Part shown: positions 1 through 14,769 of the stretch, one piece after another
How the letters are laid out: each line of letters begins with the position of its first letter
How positions within the stretch are numbered: the first letter of the stretch is position 1
NCBI RefSeq assembly: GCF_009914755.1
Contig: NC_060927.1
DNA from: the human T2T-CHM13v2.0 reference genome, Homo sapiens
DNA: 64,000 bases
Reading direction: 5' to 3' (one strand)
Made by a program: the position numbers and the translations under genes
The notes under the pieces: model-generated
What the model was told of the DNA's origin: nothing
What the model saw: the letters and a program-made list of their open reading frames with translations, nothing else
Databases searched by the model: none

Positions 1-1472
1 AGAGTATAATTTGTTAGTTTACTTTCTCTCTATTTATATACTATCATCGGTGCAGGTTCCTGCAATTAAATATGTAATAAAGTTTCATCAAGTGGCACTT
101 TGAATTAGTAATTTTCAACTCAATGCATTGTTATTCTATAATTCACGACTTTCCATTTGTTTCTCTGTAACTTTGGTAGCAAATATTTTAAATTAGCATT
201 TGGTAATTCATAATATGGGATTTTCACCTTCTGTGCTGATTTTAGAACTTAATTTCCATATAAGTTGCAACTACAAACCATCTAATAATGTAGCAAACAT
301 ATTAAATCAATTTATAAAGAACCAAAGTATGTAACAAGTTATTTTCCTCTAAAGAGAAAATAATTTGAGAACATATATAGCAGAATTTTTAGAGAAGGAA
401 TTTAGAGCTCACGTAATCAATGAACCTTGTTTCTAAAGTTACTTCCACATAATAGTCAATTCCTTCTTTACAGATTTTAGTGCTGGACTGAGATAGTAGT
501 GAAAAAATAAATTTAGAGATAAAATAAATATACTCTTGACACACATGTTTTATTAACCCAGTTTTCTTGAATTTTACAAATTGGAAATATTTCAGGTGGA
601 TGAATAAGTAAAACACATGCAAAGAGAAACAAGAATAGGCTAGATTGGGATGTTAACTCAGCTTGTTAAAAAGGCTTATATTTAGAATCTACAATAACAA
701 AAAGGCAAGCATTATCCTTTTTTGCATAATATTCTTTGAGGAATGCTCTTCCTATATACTTACAAGAAAATAATTTGATTTCTTTAGTGGAAGAAATTAC
801 CAAATAGTTTATTACAGTGAGGCAGGAAGTGTGCATAGATTAATTTAGCAAGCAGTTATTGCAGTCCTTCTGTAATGGAATAGAACTATGGCCTATCCTT
901 TATATATAAGAACAAAGAGAAACTACAAACTGGGAAGCCAGGAATGGGGTCAAAAATTGACTTGCTTTCTGATCAGTGCCGCTTGTTAAGCACTCCCACT
1001 CACCTGAACCATTCAACAGTTGTTGAAACATCTGCTTTCCAAGATATTCATTTTTATTTTGTGTTTTTGCTCCTGCCTTTCTGTTAGCATGAAATGCCCT
1101 ATTTTTCCCCCTTCCTATTGAAATTCAATCTGTCTTTCAAGATCCAGTTCAAATGCCATGAGTTTCATAACCCCCTCCTCCAGATTCTGTTAGTTTTAAT
1201 CAGTTGCTTCTTCTTTACTCCTAGAAGATTTTGCTCTATCATTTTCTACATCTCCCACACAAATAATTCCTTATTTCAGATAATGTTCTCCTTTGATAAT
1301 AGTACCATGGACTATTATGGATGAAAGCTTTATATTCTTCGACCCAGAAAACCATACATATTTATACACAAATGCATTTTCATAGGGTTTGCTAAGAAGA
1401 GGTAGAGAGTTTGAAAGGTGGACTGTTCAAATATCTAATGCACAATTGTTCTTGGTAATGAAATGCCTGATG

Positions 1473-1700
1473 TTTCCCTTCCCCTCTCTTCTTTTTCTTT
1501 CCTTTGCTTCCTTTTCCTTCCACCATCTTTCCTCTTTATTACCTTCCCTTCCTTTCCCTTCTCTTCCCTCCCCTCCCCTCCTTCCTTCCTTCCTTCCTTC
1601 CCTCCCTCCCTCCCTCCCTCCCTCCCTCTCTCCTTCTTTCCTTTTCATTCCCTCCTTTGTTCCTTCCTTCCTTCCTTTCTTCTCTCTTCTTTCTTTTCAG
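1473..1700. repeat. Polypyrimidine compound microsatellite (CCTT/CCCT/CT-rich)
   Basis: About 230 bp of nearly pure C/T with (ccctc)n, (cctt)n and (ccct)n runs. It explains the low-complexity ORFs at 1389-1820. Confidence 0.95.
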
Positions 1701-1906
1701 TTTATTTATCCTTTATCTAATACTGGTGTTTATTTTTTAGTGACTCCAAAATTTGGAAACTTTTTTCTTAGAATAGAAAGGTATTTTAAGAAAGAAAATT
1801 CACTTAGAAGCCAAAATTGATATACTTTGAATAACTTTGTTGGGGAAAAAAAAAACTGCATTACTCCGTTTCTAATATTATGTCCTCACCAACATTACAG
1901 AATTAA

Positions 1907-2145
1907 GTAGTGGAAAGAACACTAAACTTGGTGTCCAAAAATATGAGATCAACTTCAGGATCTACCAGATAATAATATTGTGAACTTCCAAATTAATGTA
2001 ATATCCCTGAGCTTACTACAACTCTGTGAAATAAAAAAATGAAAGTACTATAGGATTGTGGAGATTGTGTGAAATCTATATGAAAGCACTTTGTGAACTA
2101 TGTGCCACATTATTTAAGTTGTAGAAGTTGTTTTCATTATCATTA
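1907..2145 (+). mobile_element. MIR SINE (degenerate)
   Basis: MIR-like 5' gtagtggaaagaacact and 3' gaaagcactttgtgaact motifs. Confidence 0.55.
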
Positions 2146-3081
2146 TGAATAAGAATACGTAGATTATAAGATCATATTTAAACATGAACATCAAATATTT
2201 TCTAGAATATAAAACATTTCAGGGAAACAAGAAAGAGTACTTAGTGACCCGAGTCAGTAAAATTTACCTAAAATGCCTTAATTATTGTTCATTATATAAT
2301 ACCTCATTTAAAAAAATCAAAAGTGAGATCTAAAGTTAATTTGCATTGTATGTATTGAATTAGCACCAGTGAAAAGAACTATAATACAGTAGGAGTGGAA
2401 ATGATCTTACTACAGACAATTCTGTCACTTAAAAAATCATTTCTTGACCCAGATTCTGTGTGTCAGATGTAGTATCTCTATATTGCAAGGAGTAAAGAGC
2501 CCGAGAGTGGTAGAATTGGAAAAAAGCTTTGTTTTTCCAGACATTACTTTTTGTGGTTTAGTTCTCCTCAGAGTGATTAAGTGCTGGTTGGCCTTACCTA
2601 CCTTTAGGTTTGTACTTTATTAAGAGACCCTGATGGATTAATGGTACATAAGTTGTATTTCCTGGGATTCTGCTTGTCAGGAGCTTAATGCTGAAAGCAG
2701 ATGACATGTAAACTGCCCCTGCAGCACCCATTACACTCAAATAAAATAGTCAATCATGAGTGGGTACTACATAGAATCACTACTCTTTTCATTTTGGTTT
2801 TAAAAATGTGAGGCTTTAAAACTGCAGAGAAAAAACCTAGAGGCCACAATATTTTAAATTAAACCTATCATTTACACTAAAGGAATGAGCCATACTTAAT
2901 TTTTAATGTTCCAACATCTTTTGACTTTTCCATTTACAAGCTGTACAATTTTATGCAAGCTGTTTTTCCCCCTCTGAGTCTCAATTTCCTTTCCTGTAAT
3001 ATATGAAGAGGTTGAGCTATATCATTTTTAATAATCTTTGAAGTCTCAAAGATGCATTTGATTACTTAAAATAATGGTTTA

Positions 3082-4212
3082 CTATAAAATCCCTGGAAGA
3101 TAACCTAGGGAATATCATTCTGGACGTGAGACCCGGCAAAGACGTCATGACAAAGATGCCAAAAGCAATTGCAACAAAACTGAAAATTGACAAATCGGAC
3201 CTAATTATACTAAAGAGCTTCTGCCCAACAAAAGAAACTATGAACAGAGTAAACAGACAACCTACAGAATGAGACAAAATTTTTGCAAACTATGTACCCA
3301 ACAAAGGTCGAATATCCAGCATCTATAAGGAACTTATACAAATTTACAAGAAAAAAAGCAAACAACCACATTAAAAAGTAGGCAAAGGAGATGAGCAGAC
3401 ACTTTTCAAAAGAAGACATACCAGCAGCCAACAATCATGTGACAAAAAGGTCAATGTCACTGATAATTACAGAAATGCCAATCAAAACCGCAATGAGATA
3501 CCATCTCACACCAGTCAGAATGGCTGTTACTAAAAAGTCAGAACAATAACAGATGCTGGAGAGGTTGTGAAAGAAGGGAAGACTTATGTGGTGCTGGTGG
3601 GAATATAAACTAGTTCAGCCATTGTAGAAAGCAGTTTGGCAATTTCTCAAAGAACTTAAAACATTACCATTCGACCCTGCAATCGCATTACTGGATATAT
3701 GCCCAAGGGAATGTAAATCATTCTATCATAAAGACATGTGCATGTGTCTGTTCAATGCAGCACACTACTCACAATAGCAAAGACATGGAATCAACCTATA
3801 TGCCCATCAATGGGAAACAGGATAAAGAAAATGTAGTACGTATACACCATGGAATACTATGCAGCCGTGAAAAATGAGATCATGTCCTTTGCAGGAAAAT
3901 GGATAGAGCTGGAGGCCATTATCCTTAGCAAACTAATTCTGGAACAGAAAAACACAGACTGCACGTTCCCACTCATAAGTGGAAGCTACACATTGAGTAC
4001 ACATGGACACACAGAAGGGGACAACAGACACTGGGGCCCACTTGGGTGTGGAGGGTGGGAGAGGGCGAGGATCAAAAAACTACCTATTAGGTACTATGCT
4101 TATTACCTGAGTGACAAAGTAATTTGTACACTGAACCCGTGTGACATGCAATTTACCTATATAGCACACCTGCACATGTACCCCTGAACCTAAAATAAAA
4201 GTTCAAAAAAAT
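3082..4212 (+). mobile_element. 5'-truncated L1 (L1PA13-16-like): ORF2 C-terminus and 3'UTR
   Basis: ORF2 remnants (MEYYAAVKNEIMSFAGKWIELEAIILSKL), an old-L1PA 3'UTR ending cctaaaataaaagtt plus A tail, and a degenerate TSD aaaataatggttta (3068-3081) / aaaataatatttta (4213-4226). Confidence 0.9.
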
Positions 4213-4669
4213 AAAATAATATTTTAATGAGCCCTCTACATATTGTTTCTTTTTAAAAGAATAGTATTTAAAGAGAATTATAATCTCAAAAATATCAATA
4301 GAATACCTTTTTCTTACATAAGACTTTTTTGGTCTAGCATGTTCTAGTTACATGTGCCTAATTATAATAACAGTCTTTCTCATTCACAGAAGTATGTAAA
4401 ATAATTTAGCTTGCCTGATGCTCCCTAAGGGAGTATTTTGTATTTCTACAGAATGAGAAACATTATGTATTTGTGTGGGCACACATGTAAAATTACGGAC
4501 AACGATGTTAGTGTCTACAATAAAAAGATCAACTTAGAAATTCGTGATTTGCTTTCTGTTTCTACATCTCTCTATGCATCTATACAAAGTGAAACACTTT
4601 TAAGTTTAAATTAGATAATGTACATGCTTTATCACATTACTAACTGCAAAAGATTACTAGTAAGTAGTG

Positions 4670-6400
4670 CTTGAATTCATTCATTCAACATTGATAGAGT
4701 ACAAATATGTGGCAGACATTGCAAAAGACAGTGGGGGTAGGAAGAAGAAAATATACTGCACAACCTCAAGGAACACTGAACCTAGCTGCCTAGGGAACAC
4801 ATATTTGACTATATAAAATAATAAAATGATCTTGTAGCTGAGATTAGTTCAATGAGATTGTATGAGAATACACAGAAGGAGAATTTTCTCAGTCCCTTAA
4901 GAGAAAACAGGCACTGCTTCCTGGGTGATGTTCAAGCTGAGTCAAATGAGGAGGATGTGCAGAAGTGCAAATGTTTAAAGAGCATTTTTTCCAGAAATTC
5001 ATTCAAAACATTCATTTCAATATGATTGAAATGTCAGTATTCAGTATATGCGTTTCAGTATGACTAAAATGTGGGCTGCAAGGCAAATTTGGTAAGATGA
5101 AGCTGCAGAAATCGGCAGTGACAGACTGTGGAGGGCCAAGTTGATATTTTATTTTGAAGACTGTGGGAATTCAATGACCTGTTTTAAGCATGGGAGGAAA
5201 TGGGAAATAGCTTGAGTGGCTCTGCAGTTTAGAAGGATCATCCTGTTAGTTTTGTGGTGAAAATATTGAAGGCAAACAATCTGGGGGCAGGGAGAAGAGC
5301 TAAGCTATTAATATAAGTGGCAAGGTTCGGAAGCATCAGGAATTGCAGGTAAAGAGCATCTGGTAGAACAAAGAGACCTTTCGTGGGTAGCCTCATCAGG
5401 CCTCAGTGATTTGTGAAAAACAAGGGAATGGGAAGAATCAAGCATAATTTCTGTGTTCTGGGTTAGGAAAGGCGGTGGTTCCACTCATTGAAAAGGGAGG
5501 AGATTTGGTGGTAAGGCATTGAGTGATTTTGTGGCCCTGAAATAAGTAGACAGAAAAGCATAAAGGGCATTTAGCCATCGAGGTTGGAAACATAGATCTG
5601 TGCTTTATCAGTACAGTTTATTTGAAATTATAAGAGCGGATGGTGCCACCCAGGGAAACAGAATACAATGAAATCAAAAGAAGAACAAAGATGGAACTCT
5701 GAGAAATACTATCACTTCAGGTGTAACCAAAAGAAATTGAATCTATGAAGGAGGTTGAAAAATTACCACAGATATTGAAGGAAAAACAGGCAAGAATTAC
5801 ATTATGGAAGCCCTACAGGAGACAATTTCAAGAAAACTTGGTCCAGACATCTACATATTTAATAGATTTAAAGTAAAATCAAGGCTGACGTGTTCATTTT
5901 ATTAGAAATAATGGAGTAACTGCTTAACCTTGTGAGAAAAATTTCCCTGGAAAGATAGGGATAGAAATTTTATAGCTGTAGGATGAGAGCAGAAAGGGAA
6001 GGAGAAAGTGTAGATTACCTGTAAAGAATTTAGTTAAGGGGAAATCAGGACAATTAGATGATGGCTGGGAGACCCTGAAATTAAAATTTTTTTTTTTAAT
6101 AATGAGAGAGAGATTTATGTTTATTTATATATGAAGGGAAAGAAAGCAGTAAGGGAGCTGTCGAAGGTACCAGAAGAGGATGTTGTGAGGTCTCTCAGGA
6201 AGAAGAGGGTACGATTTAAAGCACAGGTTAAAGGATGATGTTGAGACTTGATATAAGATAAACCTTCTTGTGAGACTGGAGAGAGATGATAAGAATGAGT
6301 GGAAATATATCTATATTTATCGATGGACAGAGATGGCTAAAAATCAGGGAACTGAGTGATGATTATTCCTACTGAAATAAGAGAAATTTTCTTTGTAAAT
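4670..6400 (-). mobile_element. L2 LINE fragment
   Basis: Starts with ttcattcattcaaca (reverse L2 3' terminus), followed by the purine-rich body typical of antisense L2. Confidence 0.65.
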
Positions 6401-7304
6401 GAATAAACTGATGAGATATCAATATTTTTGTGGATTTTTAAACTCTAATTTATTTGCACATACTTTCTCATGGTCTCTGTGGAATTAAAATGCTACCCTT
6501 AACATAGAAAACTATTTTCCCTATCAAAAGTTGTGTAGCATGATATTCTGACACATTTTTTCAATTGTTTTTTATTGCTGTAGGTGTCAGTGTTTGGTAC
6601 TTTACCATGGCACGTGTTTACATACAAACGTGACCAGAGAACTACAACAAATAGTTTACAGGAGGTGAAGATTATAGAGGTATCAAAACTCTGTGTATTT
6701 AATGAAGTGAATGTATGATTAGCTCAGCTTCTAAGAGACTGGAAGTTGAGAACCTAGGGTGTTTCATAATGTTGGGCTTCAAAAATATATTTTTGAAATT
6801 GTCTCCAAGATAGGTCACATGTACCATGATTGAATTTTCTAGAGCACAATAATTTGTTAAGTGTAAACCTTTAACATATATTAGTTTGTAGCTATATTTT
6901 GGCATTTTTAAAATTCTGCAACTGCAAGCCTGAAAAAAATAGAAATGGCCTTGACCTGCCTTGTTCACTGAGATGCTCCATGCTTGGGCAGTGGTAATGA
7001 CTCTTAGACATATAATCTAGAAAGCTTCTATTTCAAGATCACATTTTTGAATTTTTTTTTTCCATTTAGGAGTATAGTAGAAACAGAAGAAAGGGGAGAT
7101 GTTTGTTAACAGAGCTTGTTATTATCTTTAATAACATGTCATTGTGTGGAAATTAAGACTTATCCATTGTGAAACTAGTTAAGTAAATCCACATAATAGA
7201 GCTGTCGTATTAAATCAATGATCAGACATCACCCGCTATTGCATGCTTCTGGCTTAGTTTATTGTTCATAGCAGCTGAAAAAGGAATATATATTTTTCTT
7301 TCTT

Positions 7305-7445
7305 GATTTTATTTTTAATGTACAAATAATAGTTGCATACATTTATGGGGTTCAATGTGATGTTTTGATATATGTGTACAAGGTGAAATGATTAATTGGG
7401 CAAATTAACAAAATTATCACCTCAGATACTTATCATTCTTTTGTA
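7305..7445 (-). mobile_element. L1MA-type 3' end fragment
   Basis: tacaaataatagttgcatacatttatgggg...tcacctcagatacttatcatt matches the reverse L1MA 3' terminus. Confidence 0.65.
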
Positions 7446-8449
7446 AAAAAAATTTGTAAGCAGTAAAACTTTACTCATATGCAACTCTACTCTTTAGACG
7501 TCTTACAGAAAGCCCTGCTTAGAACTAGAAGCAAAAAAAAATTCATTCTGAAAAACTTAAAATAGAAACATACAACTCACTTTTAGCTAGGGTTGCCAGA
7601 GAATTTCAATTACACATTATTGTACTTTATATTAGGTATGAGATTGTATGGTTTTTAAAGTCCATTTTCCCCCAAAAATTCTCATTTTATTTTGCTCTAA
7701 GATAAATGAGAAGCATAATAAGAATATGCAATGTTCACTTCCTACTATCTGGAGCACTCAATTTGTTTTGTTTTTTAGTCTATACACTACCCACAAGTCT
7801 ATACATTCTTTTCACACCAGCACTGAAACATTTTATATAATAATGGAACAGCAAGTTCTTTTTTGAAGAGGAATATTTTTATTCATCGAGAGATGCTGTT
7901 CTTTCCAGAGATATGAACATTATGTTCAAAGCAGCAACTCCAATCTAAAGGAAATGTGGAGGGAGCTATTTTCAAAGTGGCAACAGGAAGATTGGATATT
8001 TCATCAAAATAAAGAGGTTACTCAAAATTAACCAAACCCCTAACACTCAGAGAACAGCATACCGAACTTTCAAAAGGCGACCCATGTTCAGGTATCTGGG
8101 GCCTCTGCTGTACGTAAGTACATTACCCCACAGAGGAATTGAGTTAGTGTATTCAGAACAACTGGTTCTGCTGCAAACCCAAGTTGTTTGAAAATGGCCT
8201 TTTATTTAATTTTACCTCAGAAAGATTTAAAAAAAAAACTCAGTAAAAGGAGACACAGATGCCAAATGAGCAGGGTTTTTTTGTAATAAGGCTGCTAAAT
8301 ATTCCTTACCTTAAATGAGTTCCATAAGATAATAAACAAGATGAAACAAAATGCCTTAAAAGATTCGGGGGGATGGGGAAAATAAATTTGTCCCTACTGA
8401 GTAGGTAATATCCAGTGCTAATAATAAGAACAATTTTAGTCAGGTACCA

Positions 8450-8650
8450 TGCATAAGACTCGACTGAATATTGGTTTAAACATACAAAAGACATTTTTGG
8501 ACAATTGGAGCATTTGAGTATGGACTGGAGGTTGGATGACATTATGGAAATATTGGTCAGCTTTTGAGATGTGAAAATGGTATCACAATTTTATAGGGGA
8601 ATGCCTCTATTGTTAGGAGAGTATGCTGAAATATTCAGGATAACATGATT
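8450..8650 (+). mobile_element. L1ME-type 3'UTR fragment
   Basis: aaaagacatttttggacaattggagcatttgagtatggactgg motif. Confidence 0.5.
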
Positions 8651-8694
8651 TTAAAAAAAGACAACAAAACAAACAAAACCAACTAGACATTTAG

Positions 8695-9235
8695 CTATTT
8701 CATTGTTTCTGAGATGCCACTGATTGTCAGAAATATCATTAGTGTTTATACAAACAATTAAGAGAGAAAAATGCTGCCAATAAAAAGATAATGCTTTCAC
8801 ATAAATTTGCATTTTATTTTATACATACTGGCAGAGCTTTATAAGTCATTTTTGACAGTTTGTAGAATTATATGTCCATTTTATGGATACCTTAAAAATG
8901 AACACAAACAAAATAATTGTTTACATTTTCTGGAAGCTCCTCCCCATTCAGAGTCTGACTCTTCTGGTTCATGTTTGGACTCACAGCCATCCATATCCAT
9001 GCCATTTCTCACAATATCACCCTTTGTACCATTAGGAAAATCGATGTCACAGCATTATTTCAAATAATGCTTCACTCATTAATCTGGGACTTTATTCCAA
9101 GCTGCAGATACCCATTTTGCAAGTTTTGAGGATGATGCTTTTGATATTTGCATTCGGGCAGGCAATGACATTACAACTGCCACCAGGCCACAGCAATTAT
9201 AAGACACCACCAGCTTTAGACACATCCCAGTTTTA
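8695..9235 (-). mobile_element. Tigger/pogo-family DNA transposon (Tigger13-like), left part
   Basis: TIR-like start ctatttcattgtttctgagatgcc. The minus strand near 9010-9075 reads VKHYLK*CCDIDFPNGTKGDIV, resembling a pogo transposase C-terminus. The element resumes at 15893. Confidence 0.6.
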
Positions 9236-11800
9236 TTTTATTGTACTTTTTAATTGATATATCATATTTTTAAAAGGGCACATGTGATATTTTGATATAT
9301 GAATTTACAATGTGTAATGATAAAATCAGGGTAATTTTGATATACACCTCCTCAAACATTTATCTTTTTCTCTTTGTGTTGGGAAAATTACAATTCTTCT
9401 CATAGCTATTTTGAAATATACAATAAAATATTGTTAACTATAATTTTCCTATTGTACTATCAAATACTAGGACTGATTATTATTATTTTTTTACCTAATG
9501 GTATTTTTGTACATATTAGGCAACTTCTCTTCATCTTACTCTTTTCTTCTCGGTCTCGGTAACCACCATTGCAGTCCAAGAATTCCACTTTTTTAGCTCT
9601 TGCATATGAGTGGGACAACATGATATTTGTCTTTCTGTGCCTGGCTTATTTCCCCTTATGTAATGAGCTAGAACTCCATCCACATTGTAAACGACAGGAT
9701 TTTATTCTTTTTTTATGACTGAATAGTATTTTATTGTGTATATATACCAAATTTTCTTTTTCCACTCATCTGTTGATGGACACTTAAGTTGATCCCATAG
9801 CTTCGCTGTTATGAATAGTGCTGCAACAAACATGGAAGTGCAGATACCTCTTCAATATACTCTTTCCTTTCTTTTGGATATATTCACAGCAGTGGGATTG
9901 CAGGATCATGTGGTAGTTCTATTTTTATTTTTTGAGGTTTGTTTTCCATAATGGCTATATTACTTTACGTTCCTACCAACGGTGTACAAGCATTTCCCTT
10001 TCTCCATATCCTCACCAGCATTTGTTATTTTTTGTCTTTTTGACGACAGCTATTCTAACTGGGGTAAAATAATATCTCATTGTGACTTCGATATGCATTC
10101 ACCGGATGATGAATGATGTTGCACATTTTTCATATACTTATTGGCTGTTTGTATGTTTTCTTTTGAGAAATGGCCCATTTTTAATCAGACTATTATGATT
10201 TTGCTATTGAGTTGTTTAAATTACTTATGTATTTTGCTTATTAATTCCCTATCAGATGGATAGTTTGCAAAAAATTTCTTCCATTCCATATTCTTTGTTT
10301 TGCAGAAGCTTTTTAGTTTAATGTAATCTCATTTGTCTATTTCCGCTTTTCTTACCTGTGCTTTTGAGGTCTTACCCAAAAAATCTTTGCACAGACCAAT
10401 GTGCTATGATGTTTCCCCCAAGGTTTTCTTCTAGTAGTTTCATAGTTTCCGGGCTTAAATTTAAGTCTTTAATCCACTTTGAGTTGATTTTTCTATATAG
10501 TGAAAGTTGGGAATCTAGTTTCATTATTTTGCCTATAGAGATGTATTTTTCCCAGCAGGAAGAGACTGTCTTTTCTCAAATATACCTTCTTGTCAGCTTT
10601 GCCAAAAAGAGTTGGCTGTAAATGTGTGGATTTACTTCTGGGTTCTCTATTCTGTTCCATTGATTTATGTGTCTGTTTTTACGTCAATACCATAAATAGT
10701 ACCATATTGTTTTGGTTAGTATAGCTTTGTAGTACAGTTTGAAATCTGGTAGTGAGATGCCTCCAGCTTTGTTCTTTTTGCTTATGATTGCTTTAGCTAT
10801 TCAGTGTCTTTTGTAGTTCCATATGAATTTTAGGATTTTTTTTATATCTATGGAGAACATCATTGGTATTTTGTTAGGGAATGCATTGAATCTGTAGATT
10901 GCTTTGGGCAGCATAGACATTTTTAACAATATTAATTATTTTAATCCATTAGCATGTAATATTTTTCCATTTCTTGAGATTTTTTTAAATCATAAAGTGA
11001 TGTTTGAATTTTATCGAATGCTTTTTCAGCATCTATTGAAACGATCATTTTTTTGTCCTTCATTCTGTTGATGCAATGTAACACATTGATTGATTTGCAT
11101 ATGTTGAACCATTCTTACATTCCTGGGAAAAATCCCACTTGATTGTGGTGAATGATATTTTTAATGTGTTGTTAAATTTTATTTGCTAGTATTTTGTTGA
11201 GGATTTTTGTATCTATGCTAATCAGGGATATTGGTCTGTTGTTTTCTTTTTTGTTGTTGTGTCTTTGTCTGGTTTCCTTTGACACCTTTGGTGTCCTCGT
11301 ATAATGAGTTTGGAAGTATTCTCTCTTCTACAATTTTGGGAGATAGTTCGAATAGAATTGGTATTAGTTCTTCTTCAAATGTTTGCTAAGATTCAGCAGT
11401 GAATCCATCAGGTCCTGTGCCTTTCTTTGATGGGGTCATTTTTATTACTTCTTTAATCTTGTTGCTCATTATTGGTCTGTCCAGGTTTTCTATTTCTTCA
11501 TGGTTCAATCTTGGTAGGTTGTATGTATTCAGGAATTTGTCCATTTCTTCGAGGGTTTCCAATTTGTTGCTGTAAAGTTGTTCATAGTAGTCTGTAATGA
11601 TCCTTTGTATTTCTGTGGTGACAGTTTTAATGTTTTTTTTTTTTCACTTCTGATTTCATTTATTTGTGTTTTCTAACTGTTTCCTTTGCTGGTCTAACTA
11701 TAGTTTTATCAATTTTGTTTATCTTTTCAAAAAAACAACCTTTTTTTTGTTGATCTTTTGTATATTTTTTAGCCTCTTTTATTCATTTCTTTTCTGATAT

Positions 11801-12100
11801 TTTTTTCTTTCTTTTTTTTTTTGAGACGGAGTCTTACTTTGTTGCCTAAGCTGGAGTACGGTGGCACGTTCTCAGCTCACTGCTGCTTCCCAGGTTCAAG
11901 CGATTCTCCTACCTCAGCCTCCTGAGTAGCTGGGATTACAGGCGTGTGCCACTACGCCCAGCTAATTTTTGTATTTTTCAGTAGACACGGGATTTCACCA
12001 TGTTGGCCAGGCTGGTCTTGAACTCCTGGCTTCAAGTGATCTGCCTGCCTTGGCCTCCCAAAGTGCTGGGATTACAGGCATGAGCCACTGTGGTCGACCC
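11801..12100 (-). mobile_element. AluS
   Basis: Poly-T followed by a full reverse Alu dimer (gagacggagtctt...gagccactgtggtcgacc). Confidence 0.95.
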
Positions 12101-12319
12101 TACTCTGATCTTTATTATTGCTTTTCTTCTATGAATTTTGGGTTTGGTTTGTTTTTGCTTTTATAGTTCCTTGAGGTTTACCAATTGGTTGTTTATTTAA
12201 AATTTTTCCATTTTTTTGATATAAGGATTTATTGCTAAAATCTTCCCTGTTACTACTGCTTTTGTTTTATACCACAGGTTTTAGTATGTTGTGTTTCCAT
12301 TTTCACTTTTTTCAAAAAC

Positions 12320-12875
12320 TTTTTTTTTTAAGTGAAAGTAAGTTTATTAATAAGGTAAAGGTATAAAGAATGACTACTCTGTAGGCCAAGCAGCCCTGAG
12401 GGCTGCTGGCTGGCCACTTTTACAGTCATTTCTTGATTATATGCTAAACAAGGGATGGATTATTAATGAGTTTTCCAGGAAAGGGGTGGGCAATTCCTGG
12501 AATTGAGGGTTCCTCCCCTTTTTAGACCATATAGGGTAAATTCCTGATGTTGCCATGGCATTTGTAAACTGTCATGCTGCTGGTGGGAGTGTCTTTTAAC
12601 ATCCTAATACATTAAAATTAGCTTATAACAGGCAATGAGGATGCCCAGAGGTCACTCTCATCACCATCTTGGTTTTGATAGGTTTTGGCCACCTTCTTTA
12701 CCATAACCTGTTTTATCAGCAAGGTCTTTGTGACCTGTACCTTGTGCTGACATCCTGTGTCATCCTGTGACTTAGAATGCCTTAACCTCCTGGGAACGCA
12801 GCCCAGTAGGTCTCAGCTTTATTTTACGCAGCCTCTATTCAAGACGAAGTTGCTCTGGTTCCAACGCCTCTGATG
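12320..12875 (-). mobile_element. MER41B-like ERV1 3' LTR lacking U5 and ending in poly-A
   Basis: Revcomp begins TCAGAGGCGTTGGAACCAGAGCAACTTCGTCTTGAATAG (MER41 5' end). It includes the segment with two GAS motifs. Minus-strand AATAAA (12343-12348) is followed 13 nt later by A10 (12320-12329). Confidence 0.88.
12473..12502. promoter_or_regulatory. Tandem GAS (STAT1) motifs TTCCAGGAA and TTCCTGGAA
   Basis: Two perfect TTCNNNGAA sites at 12473-12481 and 12494-12502 within the MER41B LTR. The motifs are seen directly; activity is not shown. Confidence 0.7.
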
Positions 12876-13910
<1,035 letters not shown>

Positions 13911-13911
13911 G

Positions 13912-14050
13912 TTTTTGTTGTTGTTGTTGTTGTCGTTGTTGTTTGTCTCGCTCTGTCACCCAGGCTGCAGTGCAGTGGCATGATCATAGCTCAACGTAGC
14001 CTTGACCTCCCTGGCTCAAGCTATCTTCCCTCCTCAGCCTCCTGAGTACT
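13912..14050 (-). mobile_element. AluJ/FLAM-like fragment with (TTG)n tail
   Basis: tctcgctctgtcacccaggctgcagtgcagtggcatgatcatagctca. Confidence 0.85.
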
Positions 14051-14769
14051 ATTATTTTTTTCTCTTCTGGTTGTATATTTTCAATAGTCCATCTTGGAGC
14101 ATGCTGATTCTTTCTTCTATTTGATCAATTCTGCTGTTGATATCTATTGCATTTTTCATTTCATTTATTATACTCTTAAGCACCAATATTCGTTCAATTT
14201 TTAAAATTACTATTTCAATTTCTGTTAAATTCCTCTGACAGATTTCTTAATTGATTCTGTGTTTTCTTGAAGTTTGCTGAGGTTCCTGAAACAACTATTT
14301 TGAATTATTTGCTTGAATGATCACATATCTCCATCACTTTAGGGTCAGTCTCTGGCACCTTACTTTGTCCACTTTGTAGTGTTATATTTTCCTTGAATGT
14401 TCCTGACACTTGCTGATGTCTGACAATGTCTTTACATTGAAGGATTAGGTATTTATTTTAGTCTTCACAGTCTGGTTTTGTTTGTACCTGCCGTTCTTCA
14501 GAAAGCCTTTCAGTAATTCTAAGCTGACTAACTTTTTGTTCCTTCAGCCTGTGATCACTACAGTCATCGTGGCACTAGAGGATGGTCTAAGCCCAGGCTT
14601 GCTGTGAGTCTTGCAAAAAGGTCTAAGATTAATGTGGCTTTTTGGCAAGGATAGACTTGGGGAAGATCTAAGGAGACTATTAAGGCTGTCTGGGAATGTT
14701 GGCCAGGAGTTTGAGTTCAGAAGATTGTCCCCAGTGGCCCAGGTGAATGTTCTTCATAGCAGGCATATG

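Noticed and set aside
1389-1820. Overlapping 73-143 aa ORFs rich in P/S/L/F or E/G/R/K
   Set aside because: Translations of a stop-free microsatellite; the same applies to 25971-26417.
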